This document shows positions 12,497 to 26,630 of a DNA stretch of 64,000 bases, one piece after another (the stretch's first letter is position 1; each line of letters opens with the position of its first letter). Origin of the DNA: Scyliorhinus canicula (lineage: Eukaryota); contig NC_052162.1 in the NCBI RefSeq assembly GCF_902713615.1, positions 120,641,727 through 120,705,726 on the forward strand. Reading direction: 5' to 3'. The notes under the pieces are model-generated. The model did no database searches and had not been told where the DNA came from. It saw only the letters and a program-made list of their open reading frames with translations. Both the position numbers and the translations under genes were made by a program.

Positions 12497-14761
12497 GCAC
12501 AAACAGACATAAACGGGTGTGAGATAATCGGGATTGTGGAGACATGGCCCAAGGGTGACCAGGGATTGGAACTGAATATATTCAGTATTCAGAAAGGACA
12601 GACAAAAAGGAAAAGGCAGTGGAGTGGCAGAGGAAATTAATGCAATAGTGGGGAAGGATATTAGCTCGAACAATGTGGAATCGGTATGGGTAGAGCTGAG
12701 TAACACCAAGGGGCACGGAAATTCATGGGCATCGTATATAGACGCCCAAACTGCAGTGGTGATGTTGGGAATGGCCTAAAACAGGAAATTCGGCTGACTG
12801 TAAAAGTTTCTATAGGGATGTGAAGAGAAAAAGATTGGTGAAGGCAAATGTAGGTTCCTTACAGTCAGAAACAGGAGAATGGATAATAGGGGACAAAGAA
12901 ATGGCTGAGCAAATAAATACATATTTTGGTTCTGTCTTCACAAATCAGACACCAGAAATGTTGGGGAACGCGGGATTTAGTGATAGGGAGGAACTGAAGG
13001 AGATCAATATTAGTAGAGAAATGGTGTTGGGGAAATTGATGGGATTGAAGGGTGATAAATCCCCAGGGCCTGATACTCTGCATCCCAAAGGGCTGAAACA
13101 AGTGGCTCTAGAAATAGTGGATGCATTGGTGGTCATCTTCCAGGATTCTATAGACTCTGGAACAGTTCCTGCAGATTGGGCTGGTTTAGCTCACTGAGCT
13201 AAATCGCTGGCTTTTAAAGCAGGCCAGCAGCACGGTTCGATTCCCGTACCAGCCTCCCCGGACAGGCGCTGGAATGTGGCGACTAGGGGCTTTTCACAGT
13301 AACTTCATTGAAGCCTACTCGTGACAATAAGCGATTTTCATTTCATTTCAGATTGGAGGGTGGCTTATGTAACTCCACAATTTAAAAAGCGAGACAGAGA
13401 GAAAAAAGGGAATTATAGACCAGTAAGCCTGACATCAGCAAAATTCTAGAATCCATTATCAAAGATCTTAAAGCAAAGCACTAAGAAAACAGTGGCAACA
13501 TCGGGCAGAGTCAGCATGGATTTATGAAGGAGAAATCATGCTTGACAAATCTACTGGAATTCTTCGAGGGTGTAACTGGTAGAGTTGACGAGGGCGAGCC
13601 AGTGGATGTGGTATATTTGGACTTTCAGATGGCTTTTGACAAAGTCCCGCGTAAGAGATTAGCGTGCAAAATTAAAGCACATGAGATTGGGGTGGTGTGT
13701 TGAGATAGGTAGAAAATTGGTTGGCAGACAGGAAACAAAGAGTAGGGATTAATAGGTCTTTTTCAAATTAGCAGGCAGTGACTAATGGGGTACCGCAGGG
13801 ATCGGTGCTAGGACCCCAGATATTCACAAGATGTATTAATGATTTTAAAAAAAATTTAAATTACCCAATTTTTTTTCCAATTAACTGGCAATTTATCGTG
13901 GCCAATTCACCTACCCTGCACATCTTTGGGTTATGGGGGTGAGACTCACGCAGACACGGGGAGAACTTGTCTCCACACGGACTCAAAACAAGAAGGCAGA
14001 CTATTAGCTGAATGGCCATAAATTAGGAGAGGAGAATTAGCAACGAGACCTGGGTATCCTTGTACACTAGTCACTGAAGGTATGCATTCAGATACAGCAG
14101 GCGGTAAAGAAGGTAAATGGTATGTTAGCCTTCATTGCGAGCGGATTTGAGTACAGGAGAAGGGATATCTTGCTGCAATTATACAGGGCCTTGGCGAGAC
14201 TAGACCTGGAATGTTGTGTGCAGTTTTGGTCTCCTTATCTGAGGAAGGATGTTCTTGCTCTAGAGGGAGTGCGGCGAAGGTTTACCAGACTGATTCCTGG
14301 GATGGTGGGACTGAAGTATGAGAGATTGAATCAGTTAGGATTGTATTCGCTGGAGTTCAGAAGAATAGGGGATCTCATAAAAACCTAAAATATTGTAACT
14401 AGACCTGACAGGGTAGATGTGGGAAAGATTTTCCCGATGGTGGGGGTGTAAAGAACCAGAGGTCGCAATCTGAGGATATGGGGTAGACCATTTAGGACAG
14501 AGAGTACAGTAGTAATTTCTTCAAACAGAGAGTGGTGAGTCTGTGGAATTTGTTACCACAGGAAATAGTTGAGGCTAATACATTGTATGCTTTCAAGAAA
14601 CAGTTAGATATAGCACTTAGGGTGAAGGGGATCAAAGGATATGGAGGGGAAAGCGGGATTAAGCTATGGAGTTGGATGACAAGCCATGATCATAATGAAT
14701 GGCAGAGCAGGTGCGAAGGCCGAATGGCCTCTTCCTGCTCCTATTTTCGATGGTTCTCTGT
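12497..14761 (+). mobile_element. CR1-clade LINE (HER1-like), internally deleted, inserted in the decayed 3' fingers of ZNF-B
   Basis: EN/RT fragments (KSPGPD, GKSCLTNLLEFF, LYRALARL...FWSPYLRKD), CR1 3' tail; host gagtgaatc|ccttcccacac split with aatc duplicated. Confidence 0.85.
13178..13350 (+). mobile_element. Young short tRNA-derived SINE with (tttca)n tail
   Basis: ggctggtttagctca...ggttcgattcccgtaccagcc...gtgacaataagcg(attttc)n; cagattgg duplicated at both ends; near-identical copy at 57470-57657. Confidence 0.8.
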
Positions 14762-14775
14762 AATCCCTTCCCACA

Positions 14776-15642
14776 CTAAGAGCAGGTGAATGGTCTCTCC
14801 CCAGTGTGAACTCGCTGGTGACTCTGCAGGTTGGATAACTGAGTGAATCCCTTCCCACACTGAGAGCAGGTGAATGGCCTCTCCCCTGTGTGAACTCGCT
14901 GATGTGTCCGCAGGTTGGATGAATCTTTGAATCCCTTCCCACACTGAGAGCAGCTGAACGGCCTCTCCCCAGTGTGAACTCGCTGGTGTACCCGCAGTGT
15001 AGATGAATCTTTGAATCCCTTCCCACACTGAGAGCAGGTGAATGGCCTCTCCTCTGTGTGAACTCGCAGGTGTGTCTGCAAGCTGGATAACTGACTGAAT
15101 CCCTTCCCACACTGAGAGCAGGTGAATGGCTTCTCCCCAGTGTGAACTCGCTGGTGTCTCAGCAGGGTGGATAAATCAATAAATCCCTTCCTACACTGAG
15201 AGCAGCTGAATGGCCTCTCCCCAGAGTGAACTCGCTGGTGTGTCTGCAGGTTGGATAACCAAGTGAATCCCTTCCCACACTGAGAGCAGATAAATGGCCT
15301 CTCCCCAGTGTGAACTCGCTGGTGTCTCCGCAGGGCGGATGAATTAATGAATCCTTTCCCACACTGAGAGCAGGTGAATGGCCTCTCCCCAGTGTGAACT
15401 CGCTGGTGTGTCTGCAGGTGGGATAACTGAGCAAATTCCTTCTCACACTGAGAGCAGGTGAATGGCTTCTCCCCAGTGTGAACTCGCTGGTGTGTCTGCA
15501 GGTGGGATAACTGAGCAAATTCCTTCTCACACTGAGAGCAGGTGAATGGCTTCTCCCCAGTGTGAATGCGGCGATGAATCTCCAGCTGAGATGGGACTCT
15601 GTATCTCTTTCCACAGTCCCCACATTTCCACGGTTTCTCCAT
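14776..15642 (-). CDS. C2H2 zinc-finger protein ZNF-B (10 fingers)
   Basis: ORF 14776..15678. The true ATG is MEKPWKC at 15642 (the track start is TTG directly after an in-frame TGA). TGE(K/R)PF linkers; fingers 2 and 3 are identical in protein; ends CS-TAG. Confidence 0.85.
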   Translation of the reverse strand: MEKPWKCGDCGKRYRVPSQLEIHRRIHTGEKPFTCSQCEKEFAQLSHLQTHQRVHTGEKPFTCSQCEKEFAQLSHLQTHQRVHTGERPFTCSQCGKGFINSSALRRHQRVHTGERPFICSQCGKGFTWLSNLQTHQRVHSGERPFSCSQCRKGFIDLSTLLRHQRVHTGEKPFTCSQCGKGFSQLSSLQTHLRVHTEERPFTCSQCGKGFKDSSTLRVHQRVHTGERPFSCSQCGKGFKDSSNLRTHQRVHTGERPFTCSQCGKGFTQLSNLQSHQRVHTGERPFTCS

Positions 15643-16424
15643 GTTTTGTGTCTCCTCTTGTCTCTCCAGATTGGACAATCAGTGGAAGCCTTGTCTACAC
15701 ACAGAACATGTGCACTGTCTCTCCTCACTGTGAATGGTGCGATGTTTTTTCAGACCGTGTAACTGGTTAAAGCTCTTTCCACAGTCCGTTCACTGGAACA
15801 CTCACTCGGGTGTGTGATGTGTGGGTCTCGGTGCTTTTCCAGTCACACTCACGTTTAAAATCTTTTGAAACCGGCAGATCGGACAAACATTTCTCCTTCT
15901 CGCCGACGATATTCAGAGCCCGGTGATATTCAGATCAGAAGGAATCAAGTGAGTTTGTCACATCGAGACGTGATGTTTGAGATTTCTGTCTATAATTCCT
16001 CCTCTTCCAATATTCTTTAAAAACAATTGACAAAAGTCACTATTGTTAGTACAGGATAGAAATTCAGAACAGACAGTTCTAGTTCCTCTGGACCATTCTT
16101 TCCTCTCTTGTTCTCTAAATGCTGTAAATCTCCATCCCACACAATCTCCCTCCATTCTCACTCTGCTGTATCTAATATTCACCCTCCCAATTCTCCTGAT
16201 GGTGCTGGTTCATGTTAATTGACAGATCCAAGCTCAGCTCACTGCTTCCTGACCAGCAGAGCCATTAGAACAGGAGTAAGAGTCGGCCATTTGGCCTACC
16301 GAGTCTGCTCAACCATTCAATGAGATCCTTGACCGATCTACCTCAGCCCCAATTTCCCACACGATCCCAATATCCCTTGATATATTCAATATCTAGAAAC
16401 CTATCAATATCTGTCTTATTTTTT

Positions 16425-17085
16425 AACAAACAATTTTATTGAGGTATTTTAGGCATATAGAAAAAGTGACATTGTATAGTACAAAAAAAGAAGTAAAGAC
16501 ACAAATTAAACATAGTGCAAACCATGGCTCTGTTCACGAAAGGACATCCCTCAATATCCCCCTACTCTACTCTCCCATTAGTTCCTTCTAGACGTCCGAG
16601 ACTCTACCCTCTCCCACCTCTCCCCTAGAAACTACCCTGTCCTGCCTCCCCTTTGGTGGGAGACGTTGGAAGGACAGCACCAGTCTGCGTACGAAACCTC
16701 GCACCTGGAAGTATCCCTCGTTCCCTCTCGCCAGGGAACATAAGTCGTTTCCTCTCGCCAGCCCAAACTTCTCCTCCAGCGTCCTCATGCCCGGAAAGCT
16801 CCCTTCCAGGAACTGATCCTCACAATCCCCATCCTCACAGATCCCCATCCTCACAGATCCCTGCCCTCCACCACAGTCGATACCCCCGTCCATGTTCCCC
16901 AGGGCAAATCGGTGGTTGTCGCAGATTGGGGTCCACACTGATGCTCTTACCTCCCCTCAATGCCTCCTCCACTGGCCCCAGATCCAAAGAGCCGCCACCA
17001 CTATCGGCTTGTGGAGTACCGTGCTGGCGGAGGCGGCAGAGGCACCGTGGCCAGGGCTGCTAAGCTAGTGCCCCTGCACGAAACA
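16425..17085 (-). mobile_element. L1 ORF2 3' fragment in ZNF-B intron
   Basis: WTPICDNHRF...YFQVRGFVR similarity to L1 C-terminal region; T-rich tail. Confidence 0.7.
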
Positions 17086-17784
17086 GCATCAATATCTGTC
17101 TTGAACATACTTGATGACTTAGGCTCCACATTCCTCTGGGGTAGAGAATTCCAAAGCTTCACCACATCCTCGAGTGACGAGATCCCTCCTCATCTCAGCT
17201 TTCACTCTATTTTCCTGCCTGTTCCCCATAACCCTTAACTCCATTGTCAATAAAATATGTTAAACTTGTGCTTCAATATATTCAATGGCTCCCAGATACA
17301 ACTGGTCCCTGTGGAAGAGAAATCCAAAGACTAACAACCCTCTGAGGGAAGAGATGACTGGAAATATATAACGTAGCTACAGTCTTAAATTACGAGAAAT
17401 AATAATACATTTACTTTATTACAGAATGGTAAATAATATATCTAACCTGTACCATGTAACAACACTGGACATATCTCTATCCATTAATAATTTAATTGCC
17501 CTGAAATGTCAGCCATCTCCTGGGGAACTCACTCCTTTAATTGTGAACATTAGGAAAGAGGCAATCCTTTTTTGAAATAAATTTCGAGTAACCAATTTTT
17601 TTTTTCAATTAAGGGGCAATTTAGCGTGACCAATCCACCTACCCTGCACATCTTTGGGGTGAGACCCACGCAGACACGGGGAGAATGTGAAAACTCCACA
17701 CAGACAGTGACCCAGGGCTGGGATTCGAACTCGGGTCCTCAGCGTCACAGGCAGCAGTGCTAACAACTGTGCCACGCACCTCCC

Positions 17785-18610
17785 CAGAGAAACCAGAATT
17801 GTCTGTTCAGAATTTCTATCGTGGATTGACAGTGATTACTTTTTTTTTAAATTACAAAAAAATTAAATTTAGACTACCCAATTCTTTAGTCCCCCCGATT
17901 AAGGAGTAATTTTAACATGGCCAATTTACCTACCCGCACATCTTATTGGATTGTGGGGGCCAGACCCACACAGACACGGGGAGAACATGCAAACTCCATA
18001 TGGCAGTGGCCCGGTATCAATCCCAGGTCCTCGGTTAACCACTGTGCCACCGTACCTGCCCCTATAGTGTTGACTTTTGTGAACTCCTTTTACTGGATAT
18101 TACAAGGGGAGTATTTACAGATAGAAACTCAAATTAAACTTCACATCAAGATTTAACAGAGTCACTCCATTCATCAGGACTTGAATATCATTGGCCTGTG
18201 AATGTGGAAGAAGAAATGTTTGTCTGTTCTGTCTGCAGGAAAAGATTTTCAAGATCAGTGTGACTGAGAAAAACCCCCGATACACACACACATGACTCGA
18301 GTGAGAGTGTTCCAGTGAACTGACTGTGGAAAGAACTTTCACCAGTTACACAGTCTGAAAAAACATCACACCATTCACAGCGGGGAGAGGCCGTACATGT
18401 GCTCTCTATGGGGACAAGACTTCAACTAATCGTCAAACGTGGAAAGCGACAAGGGCACCAGCAGCATGCTGAAACTATAGAAATATGGGGACTGTGGGAA
18501 GGGATTCAGATCCCCATGTGAGCTGGAGACTGATCACCATAATCATACCAGCGACAAACCATTCACCTGTTCTGAATGTGGAAAGGGATTCACTCAGTTA
18601 TCCCAGTGAG
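17785..18610 (+). pseudogene. ZNF pseudogene fragment (last intron, 5'UTR, about 1.5 fingers)
   Basis: Family intron motif (gaattgtctgttcagaatttctatc), uORF and UTR homology, then ATG CTG AAA CTA TAG (stop) and Cys>Tyr; truncated at about 18610 by L1-like sequence. Confidence 0.75.
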
Positions 18611-18614
18611 GATT

Positions 18615-19990
18615 TATCCTCCAGGTGGGCAATATCATTGTTCTTTTCCTTTTTGTTCTGAGAGGGGTTGCCCCGCCAGAAGTAAGCTAGTGAATGAGTG
18701 ATATGGAAGCTGCAGTTGTTGAACCAGTTTTGGCTTGTTTTGTCTGGGTCAGAGATGGGGGGGCGGGGCGGGGTTTGGTTTCAATTTGTGTATCTGGGTG
18801 GGGCGTTGGCAGGAAATGGGGGTGGGACAGAGGGGTTAACTTGCTGGTGATGACTATGTATATCTGGGTGGGGCATTGGCAGGAAATGGGGGTGGGACAG
18901 AGGGGTTAGCTTGCTGGTGATGATTATAGAATTGTTTTTGTTTTACTCTCAGGGTGCCTGTGGCAGCCATCTTGTGTGGACCCTTGGCCTGTACTTTTTG
19001 AAGATTTACTCGATCATCCCTCACGGTGGAAATGTCTGATTCCATGATGGGGAAGTGGGGGTGGGAGACCCCGGATTTGGCTGGTCATCTAGAATGTAAG
19101 GGGATTGGATCGAACAGTGAAGAGGTCGAGTGTTTTCGCTCACTGAAAGAATCTAAATGCTGGTGTGGTGCTCTTGCAGGAGACTCACTTGCAATCAAGG
19201 AGATCAGACCAGGGTGGCATGGTGGCGCAGTGGCTAGCACTGCTGCCTCACGGCACCAAGGTCCCAGGTTCGATCCTGGCCCTGCGTCATTGGCTGCTTG
19301 GAATGTGCTCATTCTCCCCATGTCTGCATGGGCTTCGCCCCACAACCCAAAGCTGTGCAGGTTAGTGGATTGGCCACGTGAATTTGCCCCTTAATTGGAA
19401 AAAAAATAATCGGGTACTCTGAACATATAGAAAAAAAAATCAAGATCAGACCAGACTGCGGAGGGGTGAGCCAAGTGTTTCACTCGGGCTTTGGCGAAGG
19501 GCTCGAGCTGCTGCAATTCTGATCAATAAACAGATTCCTCTTTCGGTCACTGGGCTCATTGCAGACACTAATGGGAGATACATGGTTATCAGTGAGTCGT
19601 TGGCAGGTACATTGGTGGTGCTGGTGAATGTCTATGCCCCTAACTGGGATGATGGGTGGCACGGTAGCCCAGTGGTTAGCACTGTTGCTTCACAGCGCCA
19701 GGGACCCAGGTTCAATTCCCGGCTTGGGTCACAGTCTGTGCGGAGTTTACACGTTCTCTCCGTGTCAGCGTGGGTTTCTTCCGGGTGTTCCGGTTTCCTC
19801 CCGCAGTTCCAAAAGGCGTGCTGTTAGATAATTTGAACATTCTGAATTCTCCCTCAGTGTACCTGAACAGGCGCTGGAATAAGTGACCTGGGGATTTTCA
19901 CAATACCTTAATTGCAGTGTTAATAATAAAGAATGTGGCAATTATGTGGCATTTGTGAAAAAATTGTTGGGATCCATTCCAGACCATCCA
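18615..19990 (+). mobile_element. L1 spacer and endonuclease fragment, interrupted by two SINEs
   Basis: LLQETHL and LVNVYAPNWDD motifs. Confidence 0.7.
18787..18928 (+). repeat. About 70-bp G-rich tandem duplication
   Basis: tatctgggtggggc.ttggcaggaaatgggggtgggacagaggggtta.cttgctggtgatga.tat twice. Confidence 0.8.
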
Positions 19991-20164
19991 ACATCGACCC
20001 AGGCACCAGAAACGACAATGGCAAACCCAGCAAAAGATTTTTTAAAACTGTTCCCATCAGCAGATTATAAAAGGATTATGGGACACAGATTTAAGGTTGT
20101 GAACAAGATCTACAGGGGAGATCGGAGGCAGTCATTTTATACAGATCTGGAACTCAATGCTTAC

Positions 20165-20410
20165 ACACAAAGGTTGATAATCTCCAAGTCCTGATAACTC
20201 GAATGGTGGTGTCAGAATTTAATGTGATGTTTGGTTGTAAGTTTCCCGTCTGCGAATCCCTTTCTAATCCCCCGTGAAAGAAGTTTACACAGGCATCACT
20301 GTCAGTCCAGAAATGTAATTCAGGAAAGATAAATATTTCTCCTGGTTTGAATTTGCTGTGTGTGTAAATCCTCCCCTACTGATCCCCTATAAAAGGAGTT
20401 TCCAAAATTA
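20165..20410 (-). pseudogene. Degenerate remnant of ZNF last-intron/acceptor region
   Basis: aagtttacacaggcatcactgtcagtccag and aaaaggagtttt resemble the family acceptor region; no coding part remains. Confidence 0.4.
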
Positions 20411-20849
20411 ATCATAGATCATAGAATTTACAGTGCAGAAGGAGGCCATTCGACCCATCAAGTCTGCACCGGCTCTTGGAAACAGCACCCTACCCAAGGT
20501 CCACACCTCCACCCTAACCCCATAACCCAGTAACCCCACCCAACACTAAGGGCAATTTTGGACACGAAGGGCAATTTAGCATGGCCAATCCACCTAACCT
20601 GCACATCATTGAACTGTGGGAGGAAACCCACACACACACGGGGAGGGTGTGCAGACTCAGACAGTGACCCAAGCTGGAATCGAACCTGGGACCCTGAAGC
20701 TGTGAAGCAATTGTGCTATCCACTTTGCTACCGTGCTGCCCACAATCACTGTCAGACCAGAAAAGAAATCCACTACATTCTCTCCTCCTGCTCCCGGGTC
20801 CACGATGACCACTCATGCTCCCCTCTGCACACTGACCCTCGTTGTCATC

Positions 20850-21125
20850 AGCAGTCCCCTGATTTGAAGGATGATGTTGACTCAGGGTTGCAAGTTTCTG
20901 CCCTGGGTCTTCATATGACTGAACAGAGCCGCAGAGCTTTCGACACATGGGGCAAGATGTCCAATGAGGCAGTGAAATCCGGAGAGCAGGATTTGTTTCC
21001 TTTTCTTTCCATCTCTGCCACCGCTTTGCATCATCAATAAGACATTGGGTCTCAGAGACTAATCCAGTTTGATGGACAAGTTGTCTCCATTCTGAACAAT
21101 GGGGAACAAGCTCCTCCCACTCATT
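20850..21125 (-). mobile_element. RTE-like LINE 3' remnant
   Basis: WEEL...SEWRQLVH...CPMCRKLCGS resembles the RTE ORF C-terminus. Confidence 0.5.
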
Positions 21126-21129
21126 GAAA

Positions 21130-21535
21130 CATCGCCCCCGAGAGGCAAACGCGCATGCGCCCTGATGCACATCCAATAAAGATGGCGGCCGTTAACTTGA
21201 GCCGAACATGAGGAGTTGCAGTTCTGCTCGGTACAAACTGGGTCCCGGAATTTTTCTCGCGGTTTGCGGCTCACAACAGCTTTACACAACGTTTCCGCCC
21301 ATCCCCGCGATCTCTCGCTCCCTCATTTTGTTAAACGCCTCTTACCAATTTCCGATCTGAAAAAACGGCCTTCTCCTTCGCTATTATCCACACTGCGCAT
21401 GCTTCAATCACAGCAGGCCCCGCCCCTCATTCACTCCGATTGGTTGGAGGACCAGCCGCCCTCACCTGGTCCTCCAGTCCCGCCTTTTCTTCCTATTGGT
21501 CAGGACCTGCCGTCAATCACCCGGACATTGTGACG
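21130..21535. promoter_or_regulatory. CpG-rich promoter-like element
   Basis: GCGCATGCGC (NRF1), AAGATGGCGGC (YY1), CCAAT/ATTGG three times, GC box CCCCGCCCC, minus-strand GTAAGA donor near 21346. Confidence 0.65.
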
Positions 21536-21699
21536 GTGACAGATGGTGAGAGAGGCCATTGGCTCAGGCTGACTCGCTGATTGTTCCTGTCTCTTCCCCT
21601 CCCGGTCCCCACACCTGCTGCCCTCTGACCTCCCACCCCTGTGCCTGAGGTGGGAGTGGGATCAGATGGAACTGCAGATCCTGCCCTTCATTGGATTCA

Positions 21700-22810
21700 A
21701 TGATGTGTTCACTTCTTCACTGCAGCCTGACTTATTATTGCAACAGACACTGTGTTTGCCACTCTCAAAGTGAGTGAATCCTTTGCTGTTTATCCTCTGG
21801 GCCCCAGCTCCACTATTATTGTCCGAGACCCTGAGGTGGTGTTGGTGGCGGCCGTTAGGGTGGGGCAATTCCGGCGAATATGCCCCAGCCCTCTGTGGGC
21901 ATGGCACCACATGCCATCCGCAGACCAAAACACTTTATAGTCCTCCCCTTGGCGGGAGACCACGAAACCTCCCTCCGTGGCCTCCTCCCGGGTCAGGCAG
22001 CCAAAAACCTGACGCCGGAAGGGGTATACATGGCGGAGGGAGAGGTCCCGCAGGCCACGTGTCAGCGGTGCCACCCCTGACCTGACCTCCCCCAGTAGGT
22101 TCAAATGGGGGAGGAGGAGCCCAGTGGGGAGGTAGGGCGGCACGTTTGAAAGAACCACACGTTCGGCAGTGGCCTCCAGTGGGTCCACCACCATGTGTGT
22201 CCTGCCCACCGTGAGCCCCATTTCCAGGACATGGTAGACATGGTACTGCCTGCCCGGCCCGCAGGAAAAATACAACCTTGCCGTACACCCTGGAGGCAGC
22301 TACGATGGCCAAGGGGCAGAAGATCCCGGCCATTGCACGTGTGCACACCTTGATGGTCATGGTGGGGATGGGCATAACATTTGACCCCAAGTTGCCATGG
22401 TAGTAGGCAGAAAGGTGAGGGGGCAGCGGAGGGTCTAGGGGCTGCCGCCCCGCATAGGTTCTTGGCAGCCCTGCCCCCGGCAGAGTGGAGGATGCCCCTG
22501 GGGTATTGGCCATGTCCACCCCTGGTACGGTACGGTCGTGTATGTAAGAACAGGGTAGCAGGGAAAGCAGGGAAAGGGTGGGGGGAGGGGGGGAAGGATG
22601 TGGCATCACAACAGCAGGTGACACAAGGGAAGGTGCTGCAGGGCAACAGAAGAGCGGGGCAGCGTTCTTCAGCCCAGGAGGGGCCCAAAACAATGTCCCA
22701 GGCTGCCCCACACCCGCCACAGGTGGTGAAAGGCAGGCGGACAGCGTTCTTCAGCCTTGTGGGGCCTAAAACAAAGCTCTGGGTCTTCACAACAGCCCTA
22801 AGGCCTTTTT
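21700..22810 (-). mobile_element. Tx1-like LINE ORF1 fragment
   Basis: IVAASR.YGKVVFFL, VVLSNVPPY, decayed zinc knuckle CHAHRGLGHIRRNCP. Confidence 0.7.
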
Positions 22811-22814
22811 TAAG

Positions 22815-23560
22815 TGGGTGAGTAGGTGGGGTGGGCCGCTTTGATAACGGCTGTTTAGCCGACAGAGGGCAGGCATGAGAAGGATGGGGTATCTGTTCAT
22901 GAAAGGAAGCTTTCCCAGTTTGAAGGCGCGAGAGGACAAATTTAATCTGCCGCCAGGAAATGCCTTTAAATATCTGAAAGTACGATCCTTCCTGAAAAAA
23001 CAGGTGGTGGCCTTTCCGACGCTGCCGTCACTGAGGATACGGGTCAGGGTGGTCTCTGGCACCTGGGTGGAGGAAGGGAGGGTGTCGGATATCTACCAGG
23101 AACTACAGGAAACCCCGGTGGAGGAGCTCAAAGGGCAAGTGGGAGGAGGAGCTAGGTGAGGAGTTGGAAGCGGGTCTGTGGACAGAGGTCCTGGACAGGG
23201 TTAATTCCTCCTCATCATGTGCCTGGTTCAGTCTAATTCAATTTGAGCTGGTCCACCGGGCACACATGACGGCAGCGAGAATGAGCACGTTTTTTGGAAT
23301 TAAAGGCAAGGGCAGCCCAGCAAACCATGTCCACATGTTTTGGGCATGCCCAGAGCTGAGAGAGTTCTGGCAGGGGTTCGCGAGGGCAATGTCCAAGGTG
23401 CTTAACACCGGGTGGTGCCGAGTGCGGAGGTAGCGATCTTTGGAGTGTCAGAAGACCCGGGAGTTCAGGGGGCGAAAGAGGCCGACGCCTTGGCCTTTGC
23501 CTCCCTAGTCGCCCGGAGATGGATTTTATTAATGTGGAGGGACTCAAAGCCCCTGAGCGG
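22815..23560 (+). mobile_element. L1 ORF2 C-terminal fragment
   Basis: LIQF..VHRAHMT...HMFWACP. Confidence 0.75.
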
Positions 23561-23594
23561 CCTTTTTACCATATAAAAAAATGCGCCGCACTGC

Positions 23595-25307
<1,713 letters not shown>

Positions 25308-26380
25308 TCACCATCTGAGCTGGAAATTCATCGACGCTGTCACACTGGAGAGAGGCCATTTACCTGCTCTCAGTGTGAGAAGGGATTCAGTGATTCATCC
25401 AACCTGCGGTCACACCAGCGAGTTCACACTGGGGAGAGGCCATTCACCTGCTTTCAGTGTGGAAAGTGATTCACTCAGTTACACCATCTGCCGGCACACC
25501 AGCGAATTCACACTGGGGAAGGACCATTTACCTGTTCCACGTGTGGGAATGGATTCAGTAATTCTTCCCAACTGCTGACACACCAGCGACTTCACACTGG
25601 AGAGAAACCATTTACCTGCACCGTGTGTGGGAAGGGATTCACTCATTTATCCAGCCAGTGGAGACACAAAGTCACTCACACCAATGAGAGACCCTTTAAA
25701 TGCTCTGACTGTGGGAGCAGCTTCAAAAGCTCTCGAGAAGTGATGTACCAACAGCACATTCACACCGAGGAGAGACCGTTCAGCTGCTCTCAGTGCACAA
25801 AAAAGTTTAAAAGGTCCTCCAACCTGCGGGAACACCAGCGAGTTCACATGGGGGCGAGGCCGTTCACCTGCACAGTGTGTGGAAAGGGATTCTCTCGGTC
25901 ATCCCATCTGCTGAGACACCAGCGAGTTCACATGGGGGCGAGGCCGTTCACCAGCTCAGTGTGTGGAAAGGGATTCTCTCGGTCATCCCATCTGCTGAGA
26001 CCCAGGGAGTTCACATGGGGGCGAGGCTGTTCACCTGCACAGTGTGTGGAAAGGGATTCTCTCAGTCATCCCATCTGCTGAGACACCAGCGAGTTCACAT
26101 GGGGGCGAGGCCGTTCACCTGCACAGTGTGAGGAAAGGGATTCTCTCAGTCATCCCATCTGCTGAGACACCAGCGAGTTCACTCGTGATGACGGAGTTTG
26201 GATTCTATTCCTTTAGCTGCTGGTAATCACATCCAGGACTGAACCATGTTCATTCTGCCACTTGGGGAAGTGGGAGGGTCGGAGGGTTTCTTTTTGCTGG
26301 ACTGGCCGGTCTCACCACTTTGCTTCCAGTGGGCTGATGCTCTTTGAGCCTGGGAGAGCACATTTCCACTGAAATGATCC
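25308..26380 (+). pseudogene. 5'-truncated ZNF gene (about 10 fingers, stop and frameshifts) plus family 3'UTR
   Basis: Starts mid-finger ([10 protein letters not shown]); GGA>TGA at 25467; frameshift near 26000; partial ORF 25623..26081; conserved 3'UTR block at 26200-26380. Confidence 0.8.
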
Positions 26381-26630
26381 ACAAAACCGATAAAGTACAT
26401 TTATTCTAACTTTCAAAATAAGTAGTGTCTTTTCCTGATTTCAGGCAGATCTAAAATACAGACAGAATTGTAAAAAGGTCTGGCAGCATCTGTGGTGAGA
26501 GAAACAGACGTTTCACGTCCAATGTAACTCTACTTCGGAACTAAACAGGGAGAAATGTGATGGGTTTGATGCTGGTGAGAAAGGGGGAGGGTCAGGTAGA
26601 ACAAAAGAGAAAGTCAGGGATTGGTTAGAG

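Noticed and set aside
13178-13260. tRNA-like sequences (also 57470, 11545-11630 and all V-SINE heads)
   Set aside because: They are SINE heads with A/B boxes joined to SINE bodies and tails; no canonical cloverleaf with anticodon arm.
14776-15642. 84-bp periodic repeat with variable inserts resembling a CRISPR array
   Set aside because: It is protein-coding C2H2 finger periodicity in a eukaryotic context; there are no cas genes.
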